Source: the human T2T-CHM13v2.0 reference genome, Homo sapiens
Assembly: GCF_009914755.1 (NCBI RefSeq)
Contig: NC_060947.1
Length of the DNA stretch: 64,000 nucleotides
Strand: one strand, 5' to 3'
In this document: positions 14,456 to 28,502 of the stretch, in pieces
Position numbering within the stretch: position 1 is the first letter of the stretch
Layout: every line of letters starts with the position of its first letter
The notes under the pieces: generated by a model
What the model was told of the DNA's origin: nothing
Databases searched by the model: none
Seen by the model: only the letters and a program-made list of their open reading frames with translations
Program-made: the position numbers and the translations under genes

Positions 14456-15894
14456 AGAGAAAAAAATATTTTTTGGCTTAGAACTCTACCTGAAATCCCC
14501 TTCAGAAGAACTTGGGTTTCCATGTAGTTTGTTGACCTGCTGTTTTATAATACTGGAGTTGTCCCTTTTGTTTTCTTCTCCTTGAGGCTTTGGACATACT
14601 GGACACATAGACACTCAATAAAGCCTTGCCAACTGACTGCATAAAAAAACACAAATTGCTTATCTATAGAAATTCAAGGTATTTTTTCCCAAGGATACTA
14701 ACAATCCCTGTTATACCAGCATTTGATGATTCACTGCAAATATTTGTGTGTTTTGACATATTCTAGTAGTTTACTCATCTAAATCGAAGGGTTCTTATCA
14801 GCATTTCTTTTCAAAGTTTTATGCTATGAGCAGTAACTCTTCCTTACTTAGACTTTGATATATATTACCTTTAAAATATGAGACAATTTGCAGACAAGGG
14901 GGAAAGAGGGATAACGCAATCATCAACTCAGTTATGTGGGATTAGCCTTATAAAATTGTACTACATCTTGAATGCTTCTGTCACCACTTCCTCAGACTGC
15001 TGTGTGTGGTCTGTTGCCTCAGAATGATTAATCACCTTCTGAAGGCAAATGAGACATCACCATGTCACTAGCATGGTGAATGGCTGGTCACAGGAAGGCA
15101 AACAATGGTCAGCAGTATTGGTTACTATTTAATAATTGACGAATGGGATTATTTTATTTTCTCTGAAAGATGAATGAGAGGTTACTTCAAGATAATGGCA
15201 GGAAGGGTAAACATCAAGAAGAAAGGGATGGAAATTCAGGACTGACTTAGGCAGGAAATGAGTTTAGCTGCAGTGACATCGTTTTGACAGTGCCTGCACA
15301 GTATGTGCCTGGCGCAGAGCCTGGAGAGAAAAAAAAACATTTTGACTACATTTCTTTGAAGGAAAATGAGGAGCATTAGATTGTATTCACAAAGGCAGAT
15401 CTACAATCTGTCTTCTCAGAGGGACTAATATGTGTATGCTTTCAGTTTGGACTGCATCTGGGTCTCAGCTGCCTGGTTCTATATTGATTATTAAGTGTTA
15501 TTTTTTGTCTAAATTAAGCTACTTTTTAGAACCACATTGTTAAATCAGTATTTCAAGATTGGAGCAATATTCATTAAGAAGAGCTATGAGCTTTTTGTCC
15601 TCAAATAAATTAATGTTGTCCCTTAACACCTCCAAGAATAAATCATGTGAAGCTAATTAAGATAGTGTTCACTCTTCTTGCACAGACAATTGGAAGCCTT
15701 TAGGGTCAAGAAAATGAATATTATTCTCTCTTAAAATGACTGTTATAGAAAAGAGCTACACCATATCTTATTTCCAGTAGTTCTTCCTTGAATGGGTACA
15801 GTTATAAACAGGAAATATGAACCCAGGCACCCATCTGATAAAGAATGACCAACCTTTCTGGTAAGAAGATGTTCACAGACATATATTCATGTTA

Positions 15895-16200
<306 letters not shown>

Positions 16201-18084
16201 AAGCAGTTGTTTATTAAGACACCTTTTCCAATCCCCATAAATCAAAGTTTAAAATCCTTGCAAAAAACACCATATGCTGATCTCCTCAAGCAACCTAAGG
16301 AGCCAGCTCTTGAAAAATAAAGCCAACATTGGTTAAGCCAAGAAGCATTGCTGTTAAATGCAAATGCCAAAAATTGATTTATAAGATAATCAAAAGCTGA
16401 AGATCACAGTATCATGGTCATGTGAAATTTTCTTATATGTAAAATGAGAAAATTGAAAAAGATAAATGTAGAACTCTGAATACATGGAATAAAAAGTTGT
16501 GTGCAATTGCCTCAGAATAATTTTTTCTTTCACTGAAATTGAAATATATTTTATGTATAGTTAACTTTTGATATTTCTGGACTATAAATATTTGCTATAG
16601 TATTTTATAGTTAATTGGTGTTTGTCCTTCCTATTTGATGGTTTTAATTAAGAAACTTTGGCTTTTTTTAGTAACTAATAGATGCATAATGTCTATATTG
16701 ATTTAACTTTCAGTAAGAGATTTGGGAGTTAGTCTATATGACTGTAAGACAGAAATGCTTTAAGGTAAAATTCCAAAGCAGTGTTTTCCAATGCACTGAG
16801 ATTCTCAAATCTAAGTTAGTGAAGATCACGAGATGTGTTGGATTAAAACAATGTGTCTGTATAAAGCAATGGAAAGAATATTGTTCAAGAAGATAAACAC
16901 ATTGACCAAGTGCTTTGGGATTATTATGAGAAGCAGGGATTTGTTAAGTGCATGTAGTGTGACTTTGGGTCTGCAGGTTTTAAGATTAGAAGATAATATT
17001 GACATACATTATCTCTTGCAGATTTCCATCCCCCCAGTGTTAGTATTTGGAAGAAATTTCCTACACGAAATGATAAATGATGAAGTTTGTAGTCAGTCTC
17101 TCTAGACTCTCATGTTCTTTTTCATGAGTTTTTTCTTCAACATACAGATGTATGCTGTTGGCCTTTCTTATCTAATCTATCCCTTCTTACCTTAGCCCTC
17201 CCCTCCCACCTCCATTCCAAAAAAAAAGACCTGAAAGAAAAGTATTTGTAATTCAAAAAGCAGGCTCACGTGAACATTACTCAGGTGCCCCCACTAGGTT
17301 GCCTGGACAATACGCTGATTGCAATCTGGGAGAATCTTTTCCCAGCAGGAGGGACAGTGCCCAAGCTAAGCTCACAATGGCACTGGTGGCTTCCTGTCCA
17401 ACCTCTTCCTCCTCCCACCTTCAGACACACAAGGAGAACTGTAACTTCTCAAGGGCTCCACAGGCCCCAGGTACTGGAGTAGCTAGCATCCTAAATCCAG
17501 ATTCCTGTTTCCAAACAGCCTATTTATTTCATTCAGTAACAAAGCCACAATTTCACACTTGCGTCATAAGAAGAGAGACCCAAGAGTAAAATATTGTTAT
17601 CTTCGTTGGAGTCAAACCCCAGCCAGGTCCAGAAAACGTTCCCACAAAGGAAGATGGTCAAATTAGGGAACCACAACCATCTCTGGAGGCTGACTCTGGC
17701 CTTGTGATTTTTCTCTTTTCCCACCGATACTTATTCCTTAAACCAATACCGTGTGGCTTGTGAAGTTTGTTCTGACCCATTATATGGCAGATGGCAACCC
17801 TGAGCAGAACCACCTGGTTCAACAGCTTTCTTATTTATTCCTCATTCACCTATAATTATGGCACCACAATATTGTGTTTGAAGCCTCATTTCTACGTGTG
17901 GAAGGAAAGATTTTTTTTTTCATTTAAAAGATATTTTAGTACCAAGTAACATATGGGAGGGCAAGTATTTCAAACTTTTATTAGGAAAAACTTTATTGGT
18001 ATTTTAAACTCAAACTACATAAGTGGTCATTCTCGTGTGAGGCTGTCTTGATTACTATAGTTTTATAATAAGTCTTCAATCAGA

Positions 18085-20375
18085 GAGTATGAGTTCTCCA
18101 AATATGTTTACTTAAAATGGTACACTGTATATGTATGTTAATGTAACAACCACCTAAAACATGATACAGAACTATTCCATCACCACAAAGATCTTTCTTG
18201 TGGTACCTCTTTATAGTCATGCACAACTTTTTACCACCCCCCACCATCCATAACTCCTGGTGACTACTAATCTGTTTTCTAGCTCTATAATTTTGATATT
18301 TCAAGAATGTTATATGAACGGAATCACACAATATATTATCTTTTGATATTGGCTTTTTTTCATTCAGCACAATGCTCCTGAGCTCTATTAAACTCTTGTT
18401 TGAATCAATAGTTTGTTGCTTTATATTGCTGAAAAATACTTCATTATATATATGACATATATATTAATATGCACAAACACACACACACACACATCACAGC
18501 TTGTTTAACCATTCACCTACTAAGGAACATTTTGGTCGTTTGCAGTTTCTGACCATTAAAAATAAAGCCGCTATGAACAATTGTGCACAAGTGTTGTGTG
18601 GGCATAAACTTCATTTCTCTAGAATAAGTGCCTGAGAGTTCAACTGCTGGGTCATATGGTAGGTGTATGTTTCTCTGCATCCTTGCAAACAGTTGGTGTT
18701 GTCACTATTTTCTATTAATATTTTAGCCACTCTGATGAATATATAGTGATATCTCATCATTATATTAATTTGCATTTCCTTAATAGCTACTGATGTTGAA
18801 CATTTTCCGTATGATTATTTGCCATCCTTTCATCCTCTTTGGGGAAATGTCTCTTCATGTCTTTTGCCCATTTTCTAATTACACTGCTTTTTTTTTTTTT
18901 ACTGTTCAGTTTTGAGAGTTCTTTTTATATCATACAAATGAGTCCTTTGTCAGGTATGTAGTTTGCAAATATTTTCTTCCAGTCTGAAGCTCATCTTGTC
19001 ATCCTTCTAGCAAGGTCTTTCACAAAAAAGTTTTAAATTTTGATGAAGTCCAATTTTAATATCTTTCTTTTATCAATTACACTTTTGGTGTCTTGTCTAA
19101 GAACTCTTTGCTGTCTTAGGTCTCAAACATTTTCTTCCATATTACATTCTAAAAGTTTTATAGTTTTAGGCTTTATATTTACATTTGTGACTCATTTGGA
19201 GTTACTTTTAACGTAAATTATGAGGTTTAGGTTGAAGTTCACTTTTTTGCCTATGGATATTCAATTCAGCATCATTTGTTGACAAGAATATCCTTCCTCC
19301 TTTAAATTGTTTTACTGCCAAAAATAAGTTGGCTATATAAGGCTATGTGGGATTATTTCTGGGTTTTCCATTCTGTTCCAATGACCTATATGTCTACCTC
19401 TTCATCAATATCAACACAGTTTTGATATCTGTAGCGATATAGTAATTCTTGAAATAGGGTAGATTGATTCCTTCTACTTTACTCTTCTTTAAAAAGATTT
19501 TTTTTTTTTTTTAGCTATTCTATGTTCTTTGGTCTTTCCATATGAATTTTAGGATAGTCTTTTCTATATCTACAAACAAGTCATGCTGAGATTTTGATAT
19601 TTATTGTATTAAACCTGTATATCAAACTATGAAGAATTGACTTTGTTTTTCTATTTTGAGTTTGCCGAGTCATGAATATGGTACATCCCTCCATTTATTT
19701 AGAACTTTAATTTCTTTCATCAGCATCGTATAATTTGCAGCATGCAAGTTCTATAGTTGTTTTGTTAGATTTACACCTAAGTATTTCATTTTTCTTAAGA
19801 ACAATTGTAAATAGTATTATATTTACTATTTTGGTTTTCACAGTTTATTGTTAATATAGAGAAATACAAATAATTTTGTATGTCAATCTTATATCCTGTG
19901 ACTAGAAATTTTGTTGTAGATTCCTTGGGATTTTCTATGCAGACTGTCATGTCATCTACAAATAGGGACAGTTTTATTTATTCCTTCCATATATGTGTGC
20001 CTTTTTCCTTTTCTTGCCTTATTGTGCTGGCTAGAATTTCTAGTATCAAATGAATAGCAGTGATGAGAGCAGACATATTTGCCTTTCTCATCCTAGAGTG
20101 AAATTATTACATCTTTCAAAATTGTGTTGTTAGCTGTAGGTTTATTTGATCATTTTTTATAGATGTTCTTTATTAAGAATGTTTTCTTCTATTACTAGCT
20201 TCCTCAGAGTTTTAATACTGCATGAGTGTTGAACTGTGTCAAATGTGCTCTTTCTGCATCAGTTGATATAATCACGTGATATTTTTTCTTCTTTAGCCTG
20301 TTGGTATGATTAACTTTAACTGAATTTTGGCTACTGAATCAGCCTTACGTCCCTGGAATAAACTTTATTTTGTCA
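18085..20375 (-). mobile_element. L1MD-like 3' UTR and ORF2 remnant
   Basis: 'gatacagaactattccatcaccacaaag...tcaagaatgttatat' L1MD 3' UTR followed by decayed antisense ORF2. Confidence 0.75.
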
Positions 20376-23300
20376 TGAACATACGAGTACATGTGTCTTT
20401 TTGTTAGACTGATTTATTTTCCTTTGGATATATACCCAGTGATGGGATTGCTGGGTCAAATAGTAGTTCTATTTTAAGTTCTCTGAGAAATCTCCAAACT
20501 GCTTTCCACAACAGCTGAACTAACTTAAATTCCCATGAACAAAGTATAAGCATTCCCTTTTCTCCACAGCCTCACCAGCATCTGTTTCTTTTGACTTTTT
20601 AATGATAGTCATTCTATTAGTAAATAGTTTAGATGGTGTCTCATTGTAGTTTTGATTTGCATTTCTCTGATGATTAGTGATGCTAAGCATTTTTCGTGTT
20701 TGTTGGCTACTTGTATGTCTTCTTTTGAGAAGTGTCTGTTCACATAGTTGCCCACTTTTTAACGCAGTTTTTTTTCTTGTTTATTTGCTTAAGTTTCTTA
20801 CATATTTTGGATATTAGGCCTTTGTTAGATGCATAGAAAATATTTTCTCCCATTCTGTGAGCTGGCTGTTTATTCTGTTGATAATTTCTTTTGCTGTACA
20901 GAAGTTCTTTAGTTTAATTAGGCCCCGCTTGCCAATTTTGTGTTTGTTGCAATTGCTTTTGAGGACTTAGCCATAAATTCTCTGCCAAGGCTAATGTCCA
21001 GAAGGGTATTTCCTAGGTTTTTATATTTCTAGGTCTTACCTTTAAGTATTTAATCTATTTTGAGTTAATTTATATATTGTGAAAGTAGGGGCCTAGTTTC
21101 ATTCTTCTGCATATGGCTAGCCAGTTATCCGAACACCATTTACTGAGTAGGGAGTCCTTTCTTCATTGCTTGTTTTTGTCAACTTTGTTGATGATCAGAT
21201 GATTGTAGTTGTATGGCTTTATTTCTGCATTCTCTATTCTGTTCCACTGGTCTGTATGTCTGTTTTTGCATGAGCACCATGTTATTTTGCTTACTGTAAC
21301 CTTATAGTATAGTTGGGTAATGTGATGCCTCCAGCTTTTTTCATTTTGCTTGGGATTGCTATGGCTATTTGGGCTCTCTTTTGGTTCCAAATTAATTTTA
21401 GAATAGTTTTTCTTAATTCTGTGAAAAGTAACATTGATAGTTTAATTGATAGGAATAGCATTTAATCTGTACATTACTTTGGGCAATATGGCCATTTTAA
21501 CAATATTGATTCTTACTATCCATGAACATGGAATGTTGTTCCATTTGTTTGTATCATCTCTGATTTCTTTGAGAAGTAGTTTGTAATTCTTGTTGTAGAG
21601 ATATTTCATCTCTCTGGTTAGCTGTATTCTTAGATATTTTATGTTTTTTGTGGCTATTAGAAATGGGATTACATTCTTGATTCTCAGCTTGAATATTATT
21701 TTAGTATAGATACACGACTGATTTCTATACACTGATTTTGTATTCTGAAACTTTAATGAAGTTGTTTATCAGTTCCAGGAACCTTTTGGCAGTCTTTAGA
21801 GTTTTCTAAGTATAGAATCATATTGTCAGAGAAGAGAGATAGTTTGACTTCTTTTCTGATTTGGATACATTTTATTTGTTCCTCTTGCCTGATTGCTTTG
21901 GCTAGGACTTCCAGTACTATGTTGAATAGGAATACTGAGAGTGAGCTTCCTTGTCTTGTTCCAGTTCTCAAAGGGAATGGTTCCAGCATGCCCATTCAAT
22001 ATGATGTTGGTTTTGGATTTGTCATATTTTGAGGTATGTTCTTTCAATGCCAGTTTGTTGAGGGTTTCTATCATAAAAGGATGTTGAATTTTATCGAAAG
22101 CTTTTTCTGCGTTTATTGAGATGATCATATGTTTTTTGTTATTAATTCTGTTCATGTAGTGAATAACAATGATCAATTTGTGTGTGGGGAAGCAACCTTG
22201 TATCCCAGGAATTAAGCATATTGATTGTAGTAAATTAACTTTTTGATATGCTGTTGTATTTACTTTGCTAGTATTTTGTTGAGGATTTTTGCGTCTATGT
22301 TCACCAGGAATATTGGCCTGTAGTTATATTTTTTATTGTGCTTTTGCCAGACGTTTGCATCAGGATGATGTTGGGTTTCTATAATGAGTTAGGGAGGAAT
22401 TTTTTCTCTTTGATTTCTTGGAATAGTTTCAGTAGGATTGGTACCAGCTGTCTTTGTACGTCTGGTAGAATTCACCCATGAATCCATCTGGTCCAGGACT
22501 TTTTTTGGTTGATATGTTTGTTTATTATATTTTAATACTGATTCAATTTCAGAACTTTCACTATTGGTCTGTTCAGGTCTTAAAGGTCTTCCTGATTCAT
22601 TCTTGGGAGGTTGTGTCTTTCCAGGAATTTATCCATTTCCTCTAGATTTTCTAGTTTCTGTGCATAGGGGTCTTCATAATAGTCTGTGAGGGTCCTCTCT
22701 AATTCTATGGGATTGGTTGTAATGTCACCTTTGTCATTTCTGATTGCGCATTTCTCTTTTTTTCTTTGTTAATCTAGCTAGCAGTACATCAATCTTGTTT
22801 ATACTTTCAAAGAAACCACTTTTGGCCTTGTTGATCTTTTGTATGGATTTGGGGGTTTCTATTTCATTTTGTTCTGTTTGGATTTTAGTTATTTATTTTC
22901 TTCCACTAGTTTTGGGGTTAGTTTGTTCTTGTTTTTCTAGGTCCTGTAGGTGCAATGTTAGATTGTTGCCAGAGTTTTTGCACTGATTCCTTCTTATCTG
23001 AGGGGGCTGATATTTCTTTAGCTTTTTAAATTGCTGTCATTTAGATGGGACTTTTTGTTTTTTTTTATTCTTTTTTTTCCCTTGAGGGTTTAATTGTGGT
23101 GTATGCTGTGTCACTTGGCTTTATTTCTGGATGTTTTCAGAGGACGAAGGCCCTGTGTGGGCTCCTTAGTTGTGACTAAATTCCTGCATTAGGTTTCACA
23201 GGCTATGTGTGCTGAAGGCATTTATTTTTGTTTGGTGGTGTAACTCAGGCTGCAATATAGTAGACGACACTTAACAGTAAGAGCTGGTAGATAGGCTGTT

Positions 23301-24020
23301 ACTCAGCTGCACACCTCTTTTGTACTTAAGTGTGTTTTAAGCAGTGATCTGGAGAGGGGTAGATGGGGTGGTGGTGAGAGACAACCCTTTCACCAAGTCC
23401 ATTCCCAGGCCTCGGTGGAACCCCCAGCCAATGTCTGGTGCTGTGCTTGCATTTCCTTAGCCCCAAGAGTGGCCCTGGTGGGTTGTACTCCCTCCCAAAT
23501 GTTAGGTCACCAAGAGACCCACAACTGGCCATGGGTCTGCTGGTCCTCTGAGCTTGGAAGAGTCAGACCGGGCTGTGGGGTATGTCTGCAGGTGGTCTGA
23601 TGATGCAGTGGGTCAAGGGTGGAGAATCCCTAGGCAGAGGTGGTCGTGCCATGGGTGTACAGTTGGTGTGGTGTCCACAGCCTGAGATTTTTTGCCCAGC
23701 AGATGACTGTGGAGACCTCCCAGCTCACACTCTCTTGACTGGGTCTCCCTCCAGTGTATGTCCCAGGAATAGGCCCAATCAGCTAGTTTTGTCCCAAGTC
23801 CTATGCATCCAGATCCCTGGGCTATTCCAGGCCATGGCACTCTCTTGGGTAGAAGCTGCAGCTGACCAACAGGCTACACCCTTCGTGGACCAGTCTTGCA
23901 GAAGAAGGGATGCCCAGCCCCCATGCCAGCACACAAACCTGTGCCTTAGTCTTTTCAGTATTCTTGGGTTGGGGGCTCCTCCCTTGATCAAGCTCAGGGC
24001 ACAGACTTCAGCTCAATATC

Positions 24021-24092
24021 CTTTGGCAGGATGCTTGAACCCTGGGGGTTTGAGACCTTTGGCAGGATGCTTGAACCCTGGGGGTTTGAGAC
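24021..24092. repeat. Perfect 36-bp tandem duplication
   Basis: ctttggcaggatgcttgaaccctgggggtttgagac x2. Confidence 0.97.
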
Positions 24093-24660
24093 TGGGTCCG
24101 TGGCTTCATCTTCTGGCCCTTCAGGGTTGAGCACTGGCAGTGCTGGGGGACTAAACTATTCCCAGGCTACTGACAAAACAGTCAGGTGGGGCAGCAGAGA
24201 CTGTGCTGTGTGCAACCTCTTGTGGAAATGGCCAGGCAGGAGCCTTTGCAGGGGTTGGTGGACAAGGGGCACACAGATCTGATGTGCCCTGGTCCCATGG
24301 GATAGGCAGCCCTGCTCTCTCCCTGCTAGCAGTTAACAGGGACTAGACATACTCAGAGCAAGATGGAGAACCTTGGGGATGAGCACCTATGGTCGTGTTT
24401 TGCTGCAGCTTCCGCATGCACAAAATCTTCTGGGTTCCACGCGGTTTGAGCTCTGCATCTGCCTTTTTTCTAGGTAGTTCCCCTTGCCAACTCAAATGTC
24501 TATGGGATCATATCTCTTCTAGCTAAAATCTTAGAAGTTCATGTCAGAAGTGTGGTGCTCTGGAGTTCCTTCACTCACCCCTTCCTTAGGAACTGCTGAG
24601 GTTGAGTAGTCAGTCCTGGTACTTGATGACTCCATGCAGGCTTCCCGGCTTTCTTCTTCT

Positions 24661-24755
24661 TCAACCCTGAAGGGCAAGAGGATGAAGGCATGGACCCGGT
24701 CTTAAACCCCCAGGGTTTGAGCAACTGCCTAGGGATATTGAGCTGAGGTCTGTGC
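24661..24755 (-). repeat. Inverted copy of 23999-24130 lacking the 36-bp duplication
   Basis: Manual alignment: about 12 mismatches + 1 gap over 96 bp. Confidence 0.9.
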
Positions 24756-25094
24756 TTTTCTATCAACTTTCAGTGTTTTCTCTTAAAAGATCTGTTCAAA
24801 GTGTGATAGTTTACTTGATATTTTGGTTTCTGTCAGTAGGAGAGGTGTTTCCTGGATGTGTCTAGTCAGCCATCTTGTCCTATCTCCACAAAGTTTCTCT
24901 GCTGAGTTCCTGGTCTCAGGACACGAAATGGGAAATTCCCTGGTGGGTCTTCCAAAAGTTGGGTCTGATCACATATGGCCTCTGTACCTGCAGGCTTCAG
25001 GTATGGTGGGTCATTTCCAAACTTAGAAGTGATCTGTGCCAAGGCTCTGGAGGTTCACTGCAGAGATATCCTTTCTTTTTAGGGAATTACACTT

Positions 25095-26335
25095 AGGCAT
25101 TCTTTTAGCGTTGTTACACTAGTGACAAATTCTCTTAGTTTTCTTCATCTTGACTTTACCTTCACCTTTATTCCTGAGGATATTTTCACAGAATGTAGGA
25201 TTCTAGGTTGACAATTCTTATCTGTCAGAACATGGAAAATGTGCCACTTTTTTCCTGGCCTCCATAGTTTCTGATAAGCTCTTCTATCGATGAAATTGTT
25301 TGACCCTATAGAAAATGCATTGTTTTTCTCTGGCTATTTTCAGGACTTTTCTTTGTCTTTACTTTTCACATGTTTAATTATGCTGTATCTTGGTGTGGAT
25401 TTCTTTAAGATTTCTCTGTTTGAGCTTCATTCAGCTTCTTGAATCTGTAGGTCATTTTGCTTTTGCCAAGTTCAAAAAAATTTCAGCCACTATGTCTTTG
25501 AATACTTTATTAACATAACTCTTTTTCTCCTCTCTTTCTAAGACTCTGATAACATAAATATTAGGTTTTTTAGTTATAGCCCTACAAGTCCCTGAGGATC
25601 TGTTCATTTTTTTTTAAGTCTATATCTCCTTGTCATTCAGATTGGGTAATTTCTATTCTTCTATTTTCAAATTTACTGATTATTTCCACCTTCTTCATTC
25701 TTTTGTTTTAAACCCCAACATACTTTGTTAAAATTTTTGCTTTAAATCATCAGTTATCTTCCAAAGAGAGAAAAATAATGAGAAAAGCATTTTATGTTTT
25801 CCCACATAATTACTATTTCCAGTGCTTTTCCTCCCTTTGTGTAGATACAGATTTCCATCTGATACAATTTTCCTTCTGTTTAAAATACTTCCTTTAACAT
25901 CTCTCATAGTTCAATTCTGCTCTTGATGGATGATTTCAGGTTTTGTACATCAAAAAGGTAATTATTTCACCTTCACTTTTGAAACATATTTTCACTGCTT
26001 ATAAGAGTCTAGGCTAACAGGGTTTTTTTTTTAATTCATTTGGTACCTGAGATATGTTGTTCCACTGTCTTCTGTCTTGCATTATTTCTAATGAGAAGTA
26101 TGTTGTAGTTCTCATCTGTTACCCTCTATATAATGTAATTTTTTTCTCATGGGCTGCTTTCAAGAATTTTTAAAATCAATTATTTTCAATGATTTGATTA
26201 TAATGTACCTGGATATTTCTTGGTGTTCATATTGCTTGTGCATGGGATTCATTCAGCTTCTTGGAACTGTTTATTTTTTTAGGTAGGCTAGTAAATCCAG
26301 TCCCTGACAGTCCACCTTGGTCAAAAGCAGAAGTC
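25095..26335 (-). mobile_element. Ancient L1M ORF1-region fragments (two overlapping pieces)
   Basis: The block 'tattttcac...tctagg...gcttcttg' occurs twice (~25180-25440 and ~25990-26260). Confidence 0.65.
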
Positions 26336-26399
26336 CTGCATTACTAATTTTTAGAGGTCTCCAGCCATTTCTTATGTGCAATTAGGGTTGAGAACCACA

Positions 26400-26790
26400 T
26401 GGTGATAGACAGAAGTGGACAAATGTCAAAAACAATTATGAAGTAAAATGGCCAGACTTGATCATTGAGTGGAGGTGTGGAGGTGGATGGGAGGTAAAAT
26501 GTGGTTAAAGAAAATGAAGATACAAATAGACTTCTTGCCTCAGTAACTGTGCATTGAGAAGGATGTTGAAATACAGAACTCTATCATCAATATAGTTTTA
26601 AGAAATGGAAAAAACTAAATTTGATAAACCTGAAATCTGTCCAAGCAGAGTCATTTTTTTAAGAAATTAGTCTAAAAATCAGAAGGCAAATACAAAGTGA
26701 AGGAATATATGTAAGTAGAATTCATATGCATGTAGATGATAGGAAAATTTATAGGGTGCACAATATCGGCAAAGAAGAATGTTCAGAGTG
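26400..26790 (-). mobile_element. L2 fragment
   Basis: Purine-rich 'gaagtggacaaat...gaagtaaaatggccagacttgatcattga' L2-like; heavily diverged. Confidence 0.4.
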
Positions 26791-27400
26791 ACACACTCTT
26801 AATCTTCAAGCTGCTATTCCTTTTGAGGAAACAGGAATTTGATGACTCAATGCCCAAGTAGATATTTAAACAATGAAATTGAGAAACTTATTATTTCTTT
26901 TACCTTTGTTATCTGTTTAAACTGTTTATCCATTTCAAAAGTTTGACTGAATGTAAAAAATATTTAAATTATTACACTAAAAAAGTAGGGATTTATGAGA
27001 TATCAAGTAATCCTGGACCAACTTTTCTTTTCAAAGTAGGAAGACCTACCTTCATATAACTCATGAGGATATATAGATATTTAATTTTAAAATATGAAAT
27101 CATCTACTTTTTCTAAGCCTATGATGAATTCTAGTTGGTGACATGTAAGAAAATTAATTCATTCTTGAAATTTTTGTAGCAGAATGGACCATAATGTGGA
27201 ACTTTATATTTTTTGTGAGAAAACTAGTATGTTGGAATTTCTAGCAGTTTTGAGGGTAGACTTCAAGTCTCTTAATTGCAGATCTTTTTTAGCCTTGCTT
27301 TTTTTAATACCTGTGCAAGGAAAATAGCCCTAATGAAGTAAGAAGTCTCCCTGTAATGTAACTCTACGACAAGTTCTCTTTTTCTCTCTATTATAATTAC

Positions 27401-27784
27401 CTTTCAACATCCTGAAGTCATCAGAAGAGTCTGGAGTTAGACTTGTGTTTGTGATGCTTAGGAGACTGGAGAAAGGAGTTCTTCCCAATTTTGGGGTGCA
27501 GAACTCAGAAAAATTGGGGTAAATGTCATCAAAATGTCTAGACATGATTGGTGAATAAGTTGCAGATGCAACAACCAGCATTGTTGCTTTTGGAAGAGTC
27601 CTCAGAAAGAGTGGGGAGAGAAAACGATTCCACGCAGTAATCATATTTGGAAAATCAAGAAAGGGAAAATCCCAGGAGGCTGGAAAACTTAGAGCACTGA
27701 GCTTACTTTTCAAAATCCTCTCAAAATGATGACTGTACAGTTCATCTTTGATTATCTGGCCATATAATTAATCAGTGTATCTTC
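27401..27784 (-). other. Candidate 384-nt exon (lncRNA or decayed coding exon)
   Basis: ttttacag|GAAG acceptor, AAAG|GTAATT donor; phase 1-1 frame has one TAA near the start, then ~122 open codons (ORF 27330-27713); not repeat-like. Confidence 0.5.
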
Positions 27785-27861
27785 CTGTAAAACAGCTGAG
27801 AAAAATAATAAACAAATAATAAACAAGTAAATGAAATAATAAGCTGCTCATACTTCCTTAC

Positions 27862-28059
27862 CTTTAATTGCCCATAGTGCCCATGTTTTTGATTATAATG
27901 CATTTTGTTCAGGAAGGCTTATTGGCCTTTAGAACTGTTCATTCTTTGGGGATGTCAATACACACTTTTCTGGATTTTTAAATGATCTCCATTAGCTTTC
28001 AATCACCAGTGATTTTCTTCTTGGATCTTTGGAGGGGCAAAATTTGAATCTTTCCCAGC
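27862..28059 (-). other. Candidate 198/201-nt exon upstream of a 77-nt intron
   Basis: NAGNAG acceptor ctttctacaatag|cag|, strong donor AAG|GTAAGG; intron 27785-27861 has a long T-rich tract. Confidence 0.45.
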
Positions 28060-28064
28060 CTGCT

Positions 28065-28170
28065 ATTGTAGAAAGGGCACAGGCACCAGAGGCAGACGAA
28101 CCTAAATTCAAATTTCAGCTTAATGATCTTGGGCAAATCCATTTGACTTGACATTGACTTCATCGTCCGT
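28065..28170 (+). mobile_element. MIR fragment
   Basis: 'gaggcagac...aacctaaattcaaatttcagct...gatcttgggcaaatc'. Confidence 0.55.
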
Positions 28171-28502
28171 CTGTTCTCATTTTAAGCATCTTTCTCAAGC
28201 TATTCTCTAAGATATCAGTCTGATACTCAAGGCAAATTAGAGATGTCTTTTCAAAGCACAGTTTTAATGTTTATGGCAAAAGTAAGGTGCTACATTATGG
28301 TGATAGTAACTTAAGTGTATACATTGGTTCACAGTCACCAAAATTTATACATTAATTATATGCAGTTTTTGACACATCAATTATACCTCAGTAAAGTTTG
28401 GAAGGAAAGACTAAGATGCTGGAGAAAGACTTTGGAATAGGAGGATGTCATAAAGCTCATTCTGTGGACCTAACAATTACTTTTTTAAAAAGTCTTACAG
28501 GA

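Larger units (their letters stand above)
20376..24880 (-). mobile_element. L1PA13-L1PB type element: ORF2 remnant (to ~22965), internal deletion, GC-rich 5' UTR (~23000-24880); 3' UTR and poly(A) missing
   Basis: Minus ORFs 21163-22176 are ORF2; 5' terminus reads AAGATGGCTGACTAGAC on the minus strand at ~24860-24876. Confidence 0.8.

Noticed and set aside
17285-17305. CTCF-like motif ccactaggttgc
   Set aside because: Mismatch at a core G; cannot be supported without ChIP data.
23582-24130. 182-aa ORF
   Set aside because: Antisense frame of a GC-rich L1 5' UTR, lengthened by the in-frame 36-bp duplication.
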